Positions 24,001 through 35,400 of a stretch of DNA of 64,000 nt are shown piece after piece; position 1 is the first letter of the stretch, and every line of letters begins with the position of its first letter. The notes under the pieces are model-generated. The model was not told the DNA's origin. It ran no database searches and saw only the letters and a list, made by a program, of their open reading frames with translations. This DNA comes from Dimorphilus gyrociliatus. Lineage: Eukaryota > Animalia > Annelida. Position numbers and translations under genes: made by a program. The DNA lies in the NCBI GenBank assembly GCA_904063045.1, contig CAJFCJ010000005.1, positions 3,032,165 through 3,096,164 of the forward strand, read 5' to 3'.

Positions 24001-26281
24001 TCAAATAGTGTAAATGACGATAAAATATCAGATATGAAGCCAAAATCTAGAAGAATGTCGCAGATTTTGTCCGAAACTTCCAAGATTTTACAACAATACA
24101 TAGAAAATCAGGATCAAGCTGTTTATAAGTTACTAATTCTTGCAAAAAGAATTCCCTCGCAGTTTACGGCTACCTTAATTGCAGCGGGTGCTAAAGGCTG
24201 GATTCGTTTCTGGTCAATCAGACCAGGGGGAGGATTGATAGGGCAATTTAACGCCGCTCATTTAGTTGGAGATTCGATATTATCGATCTGCACAGATACT
24301 TGTAATATATTTCTTTTTACGTCAGACACGGGAGGTTACGTTAAAGTTTGGGATATCGGAGACTATTGTGTGGAAGAACCATTGAACGAAACTTTTAAAC
24401 ACCGCCTCAATTTAATTAGAGCACAGTATGAAGTAGCTTTCCCTCTCTTGTCATTGCCACAAACAATATGGGACAAAGTACTTAAGCAAAAAAAACACGA
24501 ACCGCCTTCCAAGTGTTCATTACCTCATCGTACTTGGACTGCTCCAAAGCTATTAACCTCCTTTAGGGCTCACATGCAGCCAATAAATTCTATTGATTAT
24601 GTGAATGACAAACAGATTATCCTTACTTGCAGTTCCGATAGGAGCATACGGTTATTTTCATTAACTGGACAATTTCTGGGTGTATTAGGTAAAGCGAGAA
24701 AGAATCCCCCAATTTTACTAAATATGTATACCAATAAAGATTTACCGCCAATTGATAAGGACATCAATCAGTTAGATATTATCAGATCAGCACGGACTAA
24801 GTATTATCCCCCACCAGACATTGCTAAAGAAGCGTCTCCAACCACTCTTCACGTTAATAAAATGGGTAAAAGCCGTTTGTGGAAGCGTGTTAAAACAGCC
24901 GTTAGTACAAGTAAACCTTCGGATAAAAAGATCAGATTTGGGAAGACGGTAGGAGTCTCTGAATTTTCTTCAAGATTTAAAAAGCTGAGAACAAGATATT
25001 TGCAAAGGCAACATGGAATGTTTGGCCTATGTTGCAGTGAGGTCAATGAAAGAGTTTACTGTTTGCCACCTTCTATAAACAAGTCTCTCACACCGTTAAA
25101 ATCGAAAATTCTGGGAAATTCTTATAAAAAATTAAGAAATTTTAGAAGTTTTGATGGCGTAAAATGTAAAATTGATTTTCAACAAAATTATCCATGCGTT
25201 TACTCGAATTTAAGGATTCACGAAATGGATAATGAACCGATTGTTCCTAAGCAACTTCAGATGTTCAATGAAGATGAAAAATGGATGCAAAAAGTGCTGG
25301 AAACTGATAAACAGTAAGAATATCTTTTTTAAGTTCATTCTATTATGTTTCTGTATATTTTTACAGTTTCTTTTATCACTTTACATCAGGATTCGCTTAA
25401 AGAAGAAACCCGAAGTTAAATCGAGGGCAAGATCAAGCCCTATATCCGATAAGTTGGAAATTATCCCGAAACAGCCTACAAAGATTAATGACAGTGATAA
25501 TAAGCTCTACGAACGGTCAAAGTAGAGTCTTTTTTAACCTAATACATTTATATCACTCTATTTTTATCCTATAAAACTTTTGATACCTATCAGTTGAAAT
25601 TAAAACCGTTGAATTATGAATAGCACAGAGAGATAATATTCGATATAATACAAGTATAAAAATACAAAATTATTACTGACCTGGACTAGACCAAAATAAT
25701 GCGCTACTCTGGCTACTGGCCAAGTAGAAATAGAGCAACCTCCTCCTAATATCATTATTTTGGGTTCATTGGAATCGGTAAGGTGGTAATAGAAAGTTAA
25801 AAGTGATTCCCCAGCATCGCATTTCGTATCCCTTGCATGAACGATGAGCTTGTACTTTTTTAGTATGTCATTTCTGTTGGTAAAGTTTTATTTAATATCA
25901 CTTTTTATTAATCTTTCCTACTTGCCTTAAGTTAATATCTCGAACTGCCATTTCTATAGCAGGAATAACTCCACCTGTTGCTCTACCTGTGCCATAGAGA
26001 TATTGATAATTTTAGTTTCAATTTGATTAATTGAAAGAACCTTTAGTCAACTCTACATCTACCGGGATAAAGCCCATGATGTGTATACTTTCTCTAGTTG
26101 CATCTTGATCGCAGTTATCTAGACGACTTTCATTTAATGGGACCTTATGGGCTTTTAGTTCACTGCCATTTGGCATAAATGTTCTATATATACTGATATA
26201 TCCATCCGTTTCGTAAGAATTTAGCTGGGATGCAATTGGCGAAAATAAGACCAAAAAGAGAAACTGTTGACAGAGTATCAT
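15097..26281 (-). CDS. GABA-B receptor-like class C GPCR (closer to GABBR2-type); multi-exon with a 6.3-kb intron
   Basis: Signal peptide exon 26281-26041; exons 25986-25926 (GGVIPAIEMAVRDINL) and 25873-25681 (RDTKCDAG...ILGGGCS...LVQ); resumes at 19343 (VSFAAGSPDLSSKKHFPNFFRTIPS). Further exons give AYDAVWAIALSLN, IKMSSPRLNNLI, FAPMFAKTWRVHAIF, LPALNDSK, TLFLLFIPK. Probable terminal coiled-coil exon 15270-15097 (KEEEIADLKRQYERLRMTL...TFY*); the 3' end is less certain. Confidence 0.85.
16776..16803. repeat. (TA)n microsatellite in a GABA-B intron
   Basis: Perfect TA run; a similar run lies at ~17906-17931. Confidence 0.85.
19606..25525 (+). CDS. EF-hand + WD40 repeat protein (WDR49/EFCAB8/WDY-like), nested antisense in the GABA-B intron
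   Basis: EF-hands (DQDGSGGIDQTEF; DANCDEQVDWQEY) in the 20171 ORF, WD40 repeats in several short exons and in the 22894-25317 ORF (LFTAGRDGIVRCWNFNNG; LATASYDGDIYLWN; ILTCSSDRSIRLFS). 1212-nt intron 21682-22893 joins QP|VTSV in frame. Last exon 25390-25525. Start codon uncertain (19606 or 19852). Confidence 0.8.
21878..22684 (-). CDS. Orphan three-exon gene (~224 aa) nested in the WD40-gene intron
   Basis: Exons 22684-22668, 22597-22416 and 22353-21878 are joined by 70- and 62-nt GT-AG introns (donors GTAACA, GTAAGT). They sum to 675 nt and give one open frame MENTKRDYRKTARLTRGFEAP...RDTRESK*. No family recognised. Confidence 0.65.
22717..22769. promoter_or_regulatory. Putative promoter of the nested orphan gene: two CCAAT boxes, an E2F-like site and an E-box
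   Basis: ATTGG at 22717-22721 and 22738-22742, TTTGGCGGGAAAA at 22747-22759, CACGTG at 22764-22769, all 33-85 nt upstream of the ATG at 22684. Confidence 0.45.
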
Positions 26282-26473
26282 GTCCTAAGTTTTAAGTTAG
26301 TTTGTCATAATCAGTGGCATTTATATAACAAGTAGTGAAAAAATCTTTTAACGTTAATGGAAAAGCAGAGATTATATTGTTTATTTAGATTTTGACCTTA
26401 TATATTATTTTTTGCATATAGTCAATTATTTTCAGAAGTCACTAAAAAAACAGATTCATATTCTAGTTTATTT

Positions 26474-29400
26474 TTATTCCGTTTCTTCACTTTCGTCGTA
26501 TGGATCGGAATTTCTTGGACAAATTGGATCTTCCATTAATGAGGCGTTAATAGCAGCCGTCATTCCGTCCCACTCTCCTTCATCTGACACAGTTTCTCCT
26601 GCGGTTGCCCCTACCGTTGATGTCAGAGCGGGGGCAGCAGGAGGCGGTGTTTCTGTTCCTTCTCGAACGTCTTCCATAGGATCTGACGTTAAAGCAACTC
26701 TAGCATAATCGTCGGTATCAATAGATTTACAAAAGTGTATAGCATAACGCAATTTATGACGTAGAACCTCCTTGGAACTATATCGGGGAAGCTTTAGTAG
26801 AAAAAAACAGGTGTAACTTTCTGGGAGGAAATTGTCGGGCGGATGGTATTTATCAAGTATTTGTAACACAAAATCTCGACCTCTAAAATCAGCTATTGTC
26901 CTTGGTAGCCTTGTTCTTCCCCACACAAACCGCAAAAATAGAGATCTTTCATTGTTATCTAGCTCCTCCATGACGTCCCAAAACCACTTCACTAGTTGAT
27001 GATTAGCATCAATGCCCTTGTATGCAGCGACTGACTTAAGCATTCCAATAGGTATATCAGGTGTACTGCAAACCATTGTTTCAAGTTCAGAGCCCGTAAA
27101 TAAAGAAAGTAATGGAACAGGAATAACTTTAGTCATTCCTTCTCTCGCCCATTGGACAGCTGTGTTAAATTCGTTTAATCTATAATCTAAAGCCAATTTC
27201 ACATATTCTTGCTTGTTGGATGGTGTTATGGCGGTATATCGGCTAGATAATTGTATTACATTGCAACCTCCAGCAGCAGAAGGTGTGGTGAATGGCATGT
27301 CAGCCGCTGTAAGGTCGTCATCGCTCATATTTTGTATGTACATTAGTCCCGGCACATAATCTTTATCAATCTCATTTAGGTCTTGGACGTCCAAATTCAT
27401 ACCAGCTAATTGTTTCCAAACTGGTTCTGCAAGTGACAATGATAGAGGGCTACCAGTTCTAATTGCTATTCCAAGTATGATGCCAAAGAAATTAAACATT
27501 TTCTTGTGCCTGACTGATTTTAGTGTGGGATTTAGAATGAAACAATCGCGATTCGCTCCCGATTCATCTCGTCCATTGGGTGTGACAATTAATAAGGGAA
27601 CGATTCCCGACTGCAATTCGTCACACATTTCAGCTATCGACTCACTATAACCGCCACCGCAGTCATCAACCGATTCGCCTGCAAATTTTACTTTCCACAC
27701 TCGGTGTGCTAACATTAAATGATCATTTGATAATTGATCCATTTTTTCGCAAACTTGATAGAATACTGATCTCAAACCATCCGGATCTTTTTCAGATTTA
27801 TTACGCTTCACTTGCATCCTATTAATATCGATAACTGGACCGTGTTGTTTGTCTCTTACCATTGTGCTATGAAGGGTTTTCTTAAAGATGCTCTCTTTGG
27901 CTTGCAATGTTAGCAGAGATCTCAAATTGTTAGATTCTATCGCAGGTACGGATAGCATTGGGAATGAGGGACAGATTAACTGAGATGCAGCATGAAGTAG
28001 GACTAAGCGATTTCTTAATAAAGACATATCCATGTTAGCTAGTTCGCTATACTCTAGAGGTATTGAGGTAGGTAAACGACAGGTGCGGGTCGGCTTTGAT
28101 GTTGACCAGGCAATGGAGTGGGCAGAACCACAGGCCACTCTATTGATTCTCTTTCCATCTAAAGCTGCAACGAGTCGGGGTCTTGGTATTGCATTTGTTG
28201 TTGCGTCTCCTAATTGACCTTCATCGTTATCACCCCATGTATATACATCACCCGTATCAGTACATGCAACACAATGTAAAGATCCACAAGCAAATGTAAC
28301 GATCTTCTTTCCCTGTAGACCAACAACCCTCTTTGGATTCCTAATATGATCATCCGTCCCATGACCAAGTCTCTGATAATCTCCTTTTCCCCATGTGTAG
28401 ACAGCTCCAGATCTAGTTATTGCGACACTGAATTGAGAACCACATTCCACCTTACAAACTCCCAATCCAGTCAATTTATCAATTTTTTCTGGTATTTTGC
28501 ATCCTTCTGAACCTCCTCTACCAAGTTTCCCATAGTCTCCGTCTCCCCATGAATATACAAAGTCTCCTTCTGTTATGCAGAGTGTTTGTGAATCGCCAGA
28601 GCCACACGCGACATCTAAAACCTTCATTGATCTTAATGTTTCCACAATCTTTGGCTTCGTCTGATCTTCGCTATCTCCATGTCCTAATCGCCCGTAACGA
28701 CCTTTACCCCATGTATATAATTCCCCTTGGGCACTAATAGCTGCACTATGGGCACCTCCTGCGGCAATATCTGTCACTTCCTTTCCTCGCAAACTTTCTA
28801 TAATTCTAGGCTTATCGCAAGTCTGTCTATTTCCATGACCTAATTTACCATCTTCTCCTTCACCCCAAGAATAGACGTCTCCGTCCGCCGACAAGGCTAG
28901 ACAGTGCTTCCCTCCGGCGTTAACAGAAACCTTCTTAATGAAAACGTGTTGAATTGACTCTAACGTGGTCGGACTGGAAACACATTCATTGGAACCAATT
29001 CCTAAACGTCCTGACGCTCCATAGCCTGTAGCATGAACTTTACCGTCGCTTGAGACGATAAATAAAGTTTGCTCGCCCCCAACTATCTGTATTGGTCTGA
29101 GGTTGGCAAAGGAATCACAAGCAGTAGGGACTTTGACTTTTGCACCTTCCAATCCACCCAGCTGACCCCTATGATTGTGACCCCATCCCCAGATTATTCC
29201 CGAACCAGCCCAGGATAAAGTCCATTCGTCTGGGCGTCGGATATTCCATGTTAAAAGTTGTTCATCTTTACTTCGAGTAAAGGTGGCGTGATCTTCGTAT
29301 AAGCGTGAAAGGTTATATGTTGCCACTTCTGCAGAATCTCCTAATTCCTGAACTTTTTTCCAAACTCCTTCACAAAAGGATGACGGAAGAGGAGTTCTAT

Positions 29401-32400
29401 ACAATAGAGCCTCAACGACCCTCTGAGCTTCACATGCTTTTCTAAGCCAGGCCCACTGTTGAGATTCTACACAAATAGACAAAGAGTCTAAGCTAAGATC
29501 GGATGCTAGAGCAACAAGAGTGCGGAAAAATTTGGAATGCATTAGCTGTTGATTCTTTCTCAAGTATGATTCTTCATAATCAAACTGTCTCTGCAATGTT
29601 TCAGGGAGTGCGGCTACTAGAGACTGTAGAGCTCCTTTATCATTAGATAACGGTCCTACCGTGAGATATGAGTGAAGAGATCTTAATTGATCCAAAGCCC
29701 ACATTCTTTGTGAAGCCATGAGACAAGGTAGTTGGGCAGTAGTTGCTAATGCAGAAGCCATCCTCGGTAGAATTCCAGATTGCGATTGAAGGACACTCTT
29801 AAAATCCAATAAGCACATAACTAGCTGTATCGAAGGTTTTGTAAGCAACGCTCTATCGCTTAGAATATAATCGGGAGTGGACGATGCATGTATAGGATAG
29901 ACTGTAAATTTCCATCCCCAGCCATTTACTGAGTTATCACTCTTAAACTTCCATCTTAATTCGTCACCAGCAACAACTACGGGATGGGACCAGTCAGCTA
30001 GATCTCTTCCTGAGCGTTCACATACTACTTGACCATTAGAATCGATTATCGTCAAAGGATCATGACGCCTTTCCGTAGAACAACGTTTATCGAATTCAAC
30101 CCTTAGGGAGTGGGCGCCAGGTATCCTTACAACATCAGTTGAATTACACTCATCTGGATACGGATGAGGTGATTCTACTATTTCGGGTTTTTCTGATATT
30201 TTAGACGACTCTGTATCAGCTGCAGCTTCCTCTAGCTCAACAACACATAATTCAAGGATTAAATCGCTCATTTCGCATGAATGCTTAGCTAAAGCTTTTA
30301 GAACGTGGGTGAGTTCTTGTTTGTTGCACATTCGTCTCGTTACGCACAATTTCAATAAATTAACAAGCATTCGAGCGTCGTCAATCATTAATTTATAAAC
30401 AAAGTCATCAAGTGTTGAATGACTTTTAGTTGCTTCGATTGGTGAGAAAGTTTCGGCAGCTATGCAGTCGGCAGGAGATGCTGCTTGAGCTAAGTTATGC
30501 ATTGAGGGAAAGTTTGATGCAATTTGTCGGTCTTGAACTGTTTCGTTTGATAACGGAGCTACCGAAAAGGCGCTTATTATGGCTTGGCGGGAAAAATGTA
30601 TACGAAGGGCATTTAAAATGTGAGTCAAAGCAGACTGACGAATTGAGAGAGTTTTTTGAGCAAGGACTGCCCTTGTTAATGATATTTTGGCAACGTTCAT
30701 TTGACGTTCAACAGATTCAGATGAATCTTCTTCATCATTCGATCCTATTACGTAAGATTGTCCCATGGGATCATTCAGCACTTGAAAGAAGACCGGTTCA
30801 TGATTAACCGGTGCTGATATGTCGGACGTAGTCCAAGCAACCGAATGGGATGATCCACAGGCGACTTTCGTTATTTTATGACTTTCAAGCCCGTGAACTA
30901 ATGTGGGTACCTTGTTGACTTGAATGTTTCCATTTCCTTGCTGACCATGGTCGTTGTCACCCCAAGCAAATACTTGTCCATTGTCCGTTACAGCCAAACA
31001 ATGAAGGGCACCGACTGCTACATCTACAATTTTATATTGTTCTAAAACTTCGACCTTTTGGGGTTTACGTGCATGTTGCTCATTCCCATGACCTAGCCGA
31101 TAGTAATCGCCTTTACCCCAAGTCCATACTTGGCCTAAAAAAAAGTATTTAATCAAGTAAATTTAACAGAATAAAGGGGACTATATAGCTTACCTGACTT
31201 AGTCAGAGCTAAACTAAATTGGGCGCCACATTCAATTTTGCAAACTCCCAAGCCGCTAAGTCGGTCGATTACGTGCGGGGTGTTGCAGCCCTCTGAACCT
31301 CCTCTTCCCAATTTGCCAAAGTCTCCATCTCCCCAAGACCAGACTTGATCGTCGTCAGTTAAGGCTAATGTTTGAGCATCTCGACTTCCACAGCTTACTC
31401 TAACAACTTAAAAAGACAAGCGAATTAATAAAAATAAGCAAACTTTATCTATTCATTTACTCTACCTTTGTGCTGTGCTAAAGACGCAACGATTTTAGGT
31501 CGCAACTGATTAGCATTATCACCATGCCCTAATCGACCATAATCACCTAATCCCCATGTATAAAGCTCTCCCTCTTGTGATATAGCAGCGCTGTGAGCAC
31601 TACCACAAGCTATATCTTTGATCCTTTTGGACCGTAAGGCTTCGATTAGACGTGGTTTATCGTAAGATGTTCGATTAAAGTGACCCAATTTTCCATCATC
31701 GCCCTCACCCCAGGAGAAAACCTTTCCGTCAATAGTTAAGGCCATTGTGTGACGCCCACCGGAATGCACGGCTATTTTTTTGACAACATAAGCGCTTAAG
31801 GATTTCAATTGTTTTGGAACTGAGACTGCGCCAGATGTAATCCCTAATCCCAATCTTCCTCCTGTTGCCTCTCCACATGCATATACTCGGCCATCATGAG
31901 TAACTGCAAATAAAGACTTACTTCCTCCACAAATATCAGCTACTTTTAAACTTGATAGATTGTCGTTCAGGAAAGGCAATTTTATTTTAGATCCTTTCGG
32001 ACCTCCCAATTGGTCCTTATCGTTGAGACCCCAAACATAAACTTGAGTTTGTATTCTTGATGGAAATTTATGATCTTTCGGAAGAGGAGGGTGAACAATC
32101 GCTCGAGAGTCTTCGTCTTCTTCGTCTGATGCTAAAAATTTAACAGAGGCAGCAGCTCTATCTTCCTCAGCACACCTTCTGCCTACAATACTAAGACCAT
32201 GGATTTTGCAATCTATTCCGGAACTCCTACATTGTTTTATTTGTATCTCGATAATTTTATAATATGCGCTGGCGTCTTGAATTAAAACAACTAGATCGTC
32301 GTCTGATTGAACTTTAACCGTGTGCAAAAGTTCTAACTGATTTACTGATTGACCAACTGAAACCGTGATTAGGCTGGGCATATATGACGCATCTGATGGA

Positions 32401-35400
32401 TCAACTCTCATACATAAACGAGAAACTAGGATAAATGGATGCATTTCCAATCTTATCCAATGTTGTCCTTGTTGTCCGTGCGACTGCCAGAAACCGCTAC
32501 CGCCATCTATCATACGATGAGCTGAAGTAGACGTAGACGAGACAGTCATGTGCCGAACGCAGGCTTGCCAATTGTCAAGTAAATCTATTCCAGCCATTCG
32601 TTTTTCAAATTTATGCTCAGAACATTTTTTGAAGGCATCTTTCGAGCAAGTTGAACAATAGAGAAACCTGCCTTTACATTGCGTGCATTTACAGTTATAA
32701 ATTACACCTTTTGTTAGAGACTTAGAGCAGGTATGGCATAATTTATCAGCATTCTTTATTACCTCTAAATCTCCCATTTGACCTGTCCATCCTTCTTGAT
32801 CTGGAAAAGCAACTACTACATCTTTTTTGTTCGGTGCAGTGAACATAACGGTACCGATATTCTGTTGCTTTATGCTTGCTGTCCTACTACTTTTAGATTT
32901 TAAACGTACTCTTACTTTATTCCTAAGAGAATTAGGTATACCACCCGATCTAGCACGAGAAGTTCTTCCAATTATGGCTAGATTTGTAAATCGAACCCAA
33001 TATTTCCCTTTGTAAAGTGTCCAATCTACATTAGCATTCAATTCGTGTAAGCTACCAATATCTAGTTGAGTGACAACTCCAATATCGCCTTGAGATACCT
33101 TTTCATAAGCTTCACAGCATTTCACCAACATTCCTACGGCTAAATTGTCCCGAACATATTCTGCATAGCAATCATCACTCGTAAAGTCACTTCTAACTTT
33201 GTATGATGGGGTTTGCGGGCCATATACCATTTCTGGAGAAGAACACACAGTACCCTCGCTTGATGATGAAGAACATACTGATGAAGGTCCACACGAATCG
33301 GTGTCGTAATCTGACAATTCAATTAGATCTTGTTCGATTGTTTCGTGATCCAATAGCCAAGCAATTAGTAGTTCAATATAGACAGCTGGTGTTTCAACTC
33401 CTGGTCGAATAGTTACTGGCGTAACGGCTTCGACTGCTAGTTCAATTTTACGTGGTGAAAATCCCATGTCAACTAGCTGAGAGAAAGTTTCCGATGATAT
33501 TCCGTTATGTCTGTTCCGTCTAGGAAATTGTAGCCTTTGGTCAGTCCTCCTTTGTTTTATATGAGGAGGTTCTTGTCTGGCGGATAAAAGTGGAAAAAGT
33601 GTCGAATTATCCACACTTTCTTCCGACATTGCAGTCGCTCCTTCAGCAGCAGACTCATTGTTGTCCTCTTCATCAGCATCTTCGTTTGAAGAAGACGCTG
33701 AAAATTCATCGTTTGTAGTTTGATAATTTGCAATCGTAGCTAAATGTTGACATAAAGCTCTAGCAGCATCTTCCATTTGGTTATCAGTACTAAATATAGC
33801 TTTTATCGGTGATGGTCTAACGGCACAGGCTAAAACTGATCTAAATAAGGTGCAATTTTTTTCCGATTTTTGTAAAATTTGATGTAGAATATCCTGATGG
33901 TTGTTAAAAATTTTAGCAGCTCGACAAACAGCTAAAGTTAATCTCTGTCTCCACAACAAACTTGGTCGAACATTATCTGTATTAGAATAAAATCTCATTT
34001 TAAAATGTAAGCTAAAAGTTTATATTTCTAATTAACATTTTACCTTGATCTCCATGAGATTGAAAGATGTTACAGTTTCCATTCAACCCCTCAGCTGCAA
34101 TTCTCACAAGATATGACCAAATATCTAAATCTAGAGGCATTTTTCTTAAGTCGAAAGTACTTAATTCAACCTAAAATAGTTCAATTTAAGATCATTTTGA
34201 TTATAGCACGTAGATTTAGTTAAATAACTAACCGGTTGTAGTTCTTCAAGTTTACATAAACTTATATCATTTGAACCTTCAAATAGTACGGTGACTTTAC
34301 TATTCAGCGATATTTTTATAACAGTACCAAGTCCATCATTTTCGTGTTGAACTTTGCCCCCGATCCTTACTCTGGCATCAACTCCACCAATGACATATAA
34401 TACTGCTAAAGTCATCTCTTCCTTAATATTGCCAGTTAAATCCTGTTTTATATAATATAGCATATACGATATATACAATTTTTGTTATAATTAAAATCTG
34501 AAAATACTAACATTTTCATCCATTGATGGATTAACCAATTGAGGTAATATTTTTAAATATTGCATTAGCGTTAGTTTTACTTCTTCACTCCACGCCGCCG
34601 AGCTAAGTAAAGTCCTAACCAGCTTAATACCTTCTTCTGCTATCGTACTTGTGTAAGATGCAGTTAAGCAAGAATAAGCTCGTTTCCTTCGCCTTGTTCT
34701 TCTACCATCTTGAACCATTAGTGTTGGATCATTTTTACATTCGAGAAGAGAACAACCAATAGTAGATAGCAGTTTATCGAGAATATCTCTCATTCTTCGT
34801 TCATTAGACTTACTCCAAGATAGGAGAATTGAAGATAGGACTCTGAGAGCTAAAACCCGTTTGGTAATTCCGCTCCGAGAATTCTGACTCAAGTCAAATA
34901 GAAGGTTTAGCCAAGAAGGAGATGACAAAGAAAAACAGACTGCTGGAGATGAAGTCATACTTTGAACTATTCCTACCCAATTAGAGTAGCTATCATCCTC
35001 TAGAGCCCTAGTTTTAAGCAAATTACATAAGCTCTTTACCGATGCTTTTTCTTCGACAGATATATGTAGAGCAGTCGAAAGACAAATGGATGATTCTAAA
35101 TGTTCAAGTGCTGAGCTAGTAGCATTCTGTACAGTATTAGATTTATTCAGATGAGTCGAGTCATCGCATGGTAAAGAAAATTCTGTCTCCGAATCACTGT
35201 CATTATCAGCGTAAGATTCAGAGAGCTTTAAATCATATTTATTTTCTTTTCCCATTCTATAGGAATTTGTTGTTCCAGTTTCCCATTGTACTCTAATCCA
35301 CCCATCATCCCCAACGTCGCTAATAACACGGCCAATTCCAGGTTTGGGACCATCTTGATCGGCCCATTTCCAATCAAGGCCTCTTTGAACTTTGACACCT

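Noticed and set aside
26412-26708. 98-aa plus-strand ORF and other ORFs antisense to HERC2 (28032, 28549, 30430, 32827, 33140, 33203, 35967, 40352, 41722)
   Set aside because: Shadow ORFs opposite a well-conserved coding sequence; no independent motifs or splice structure.
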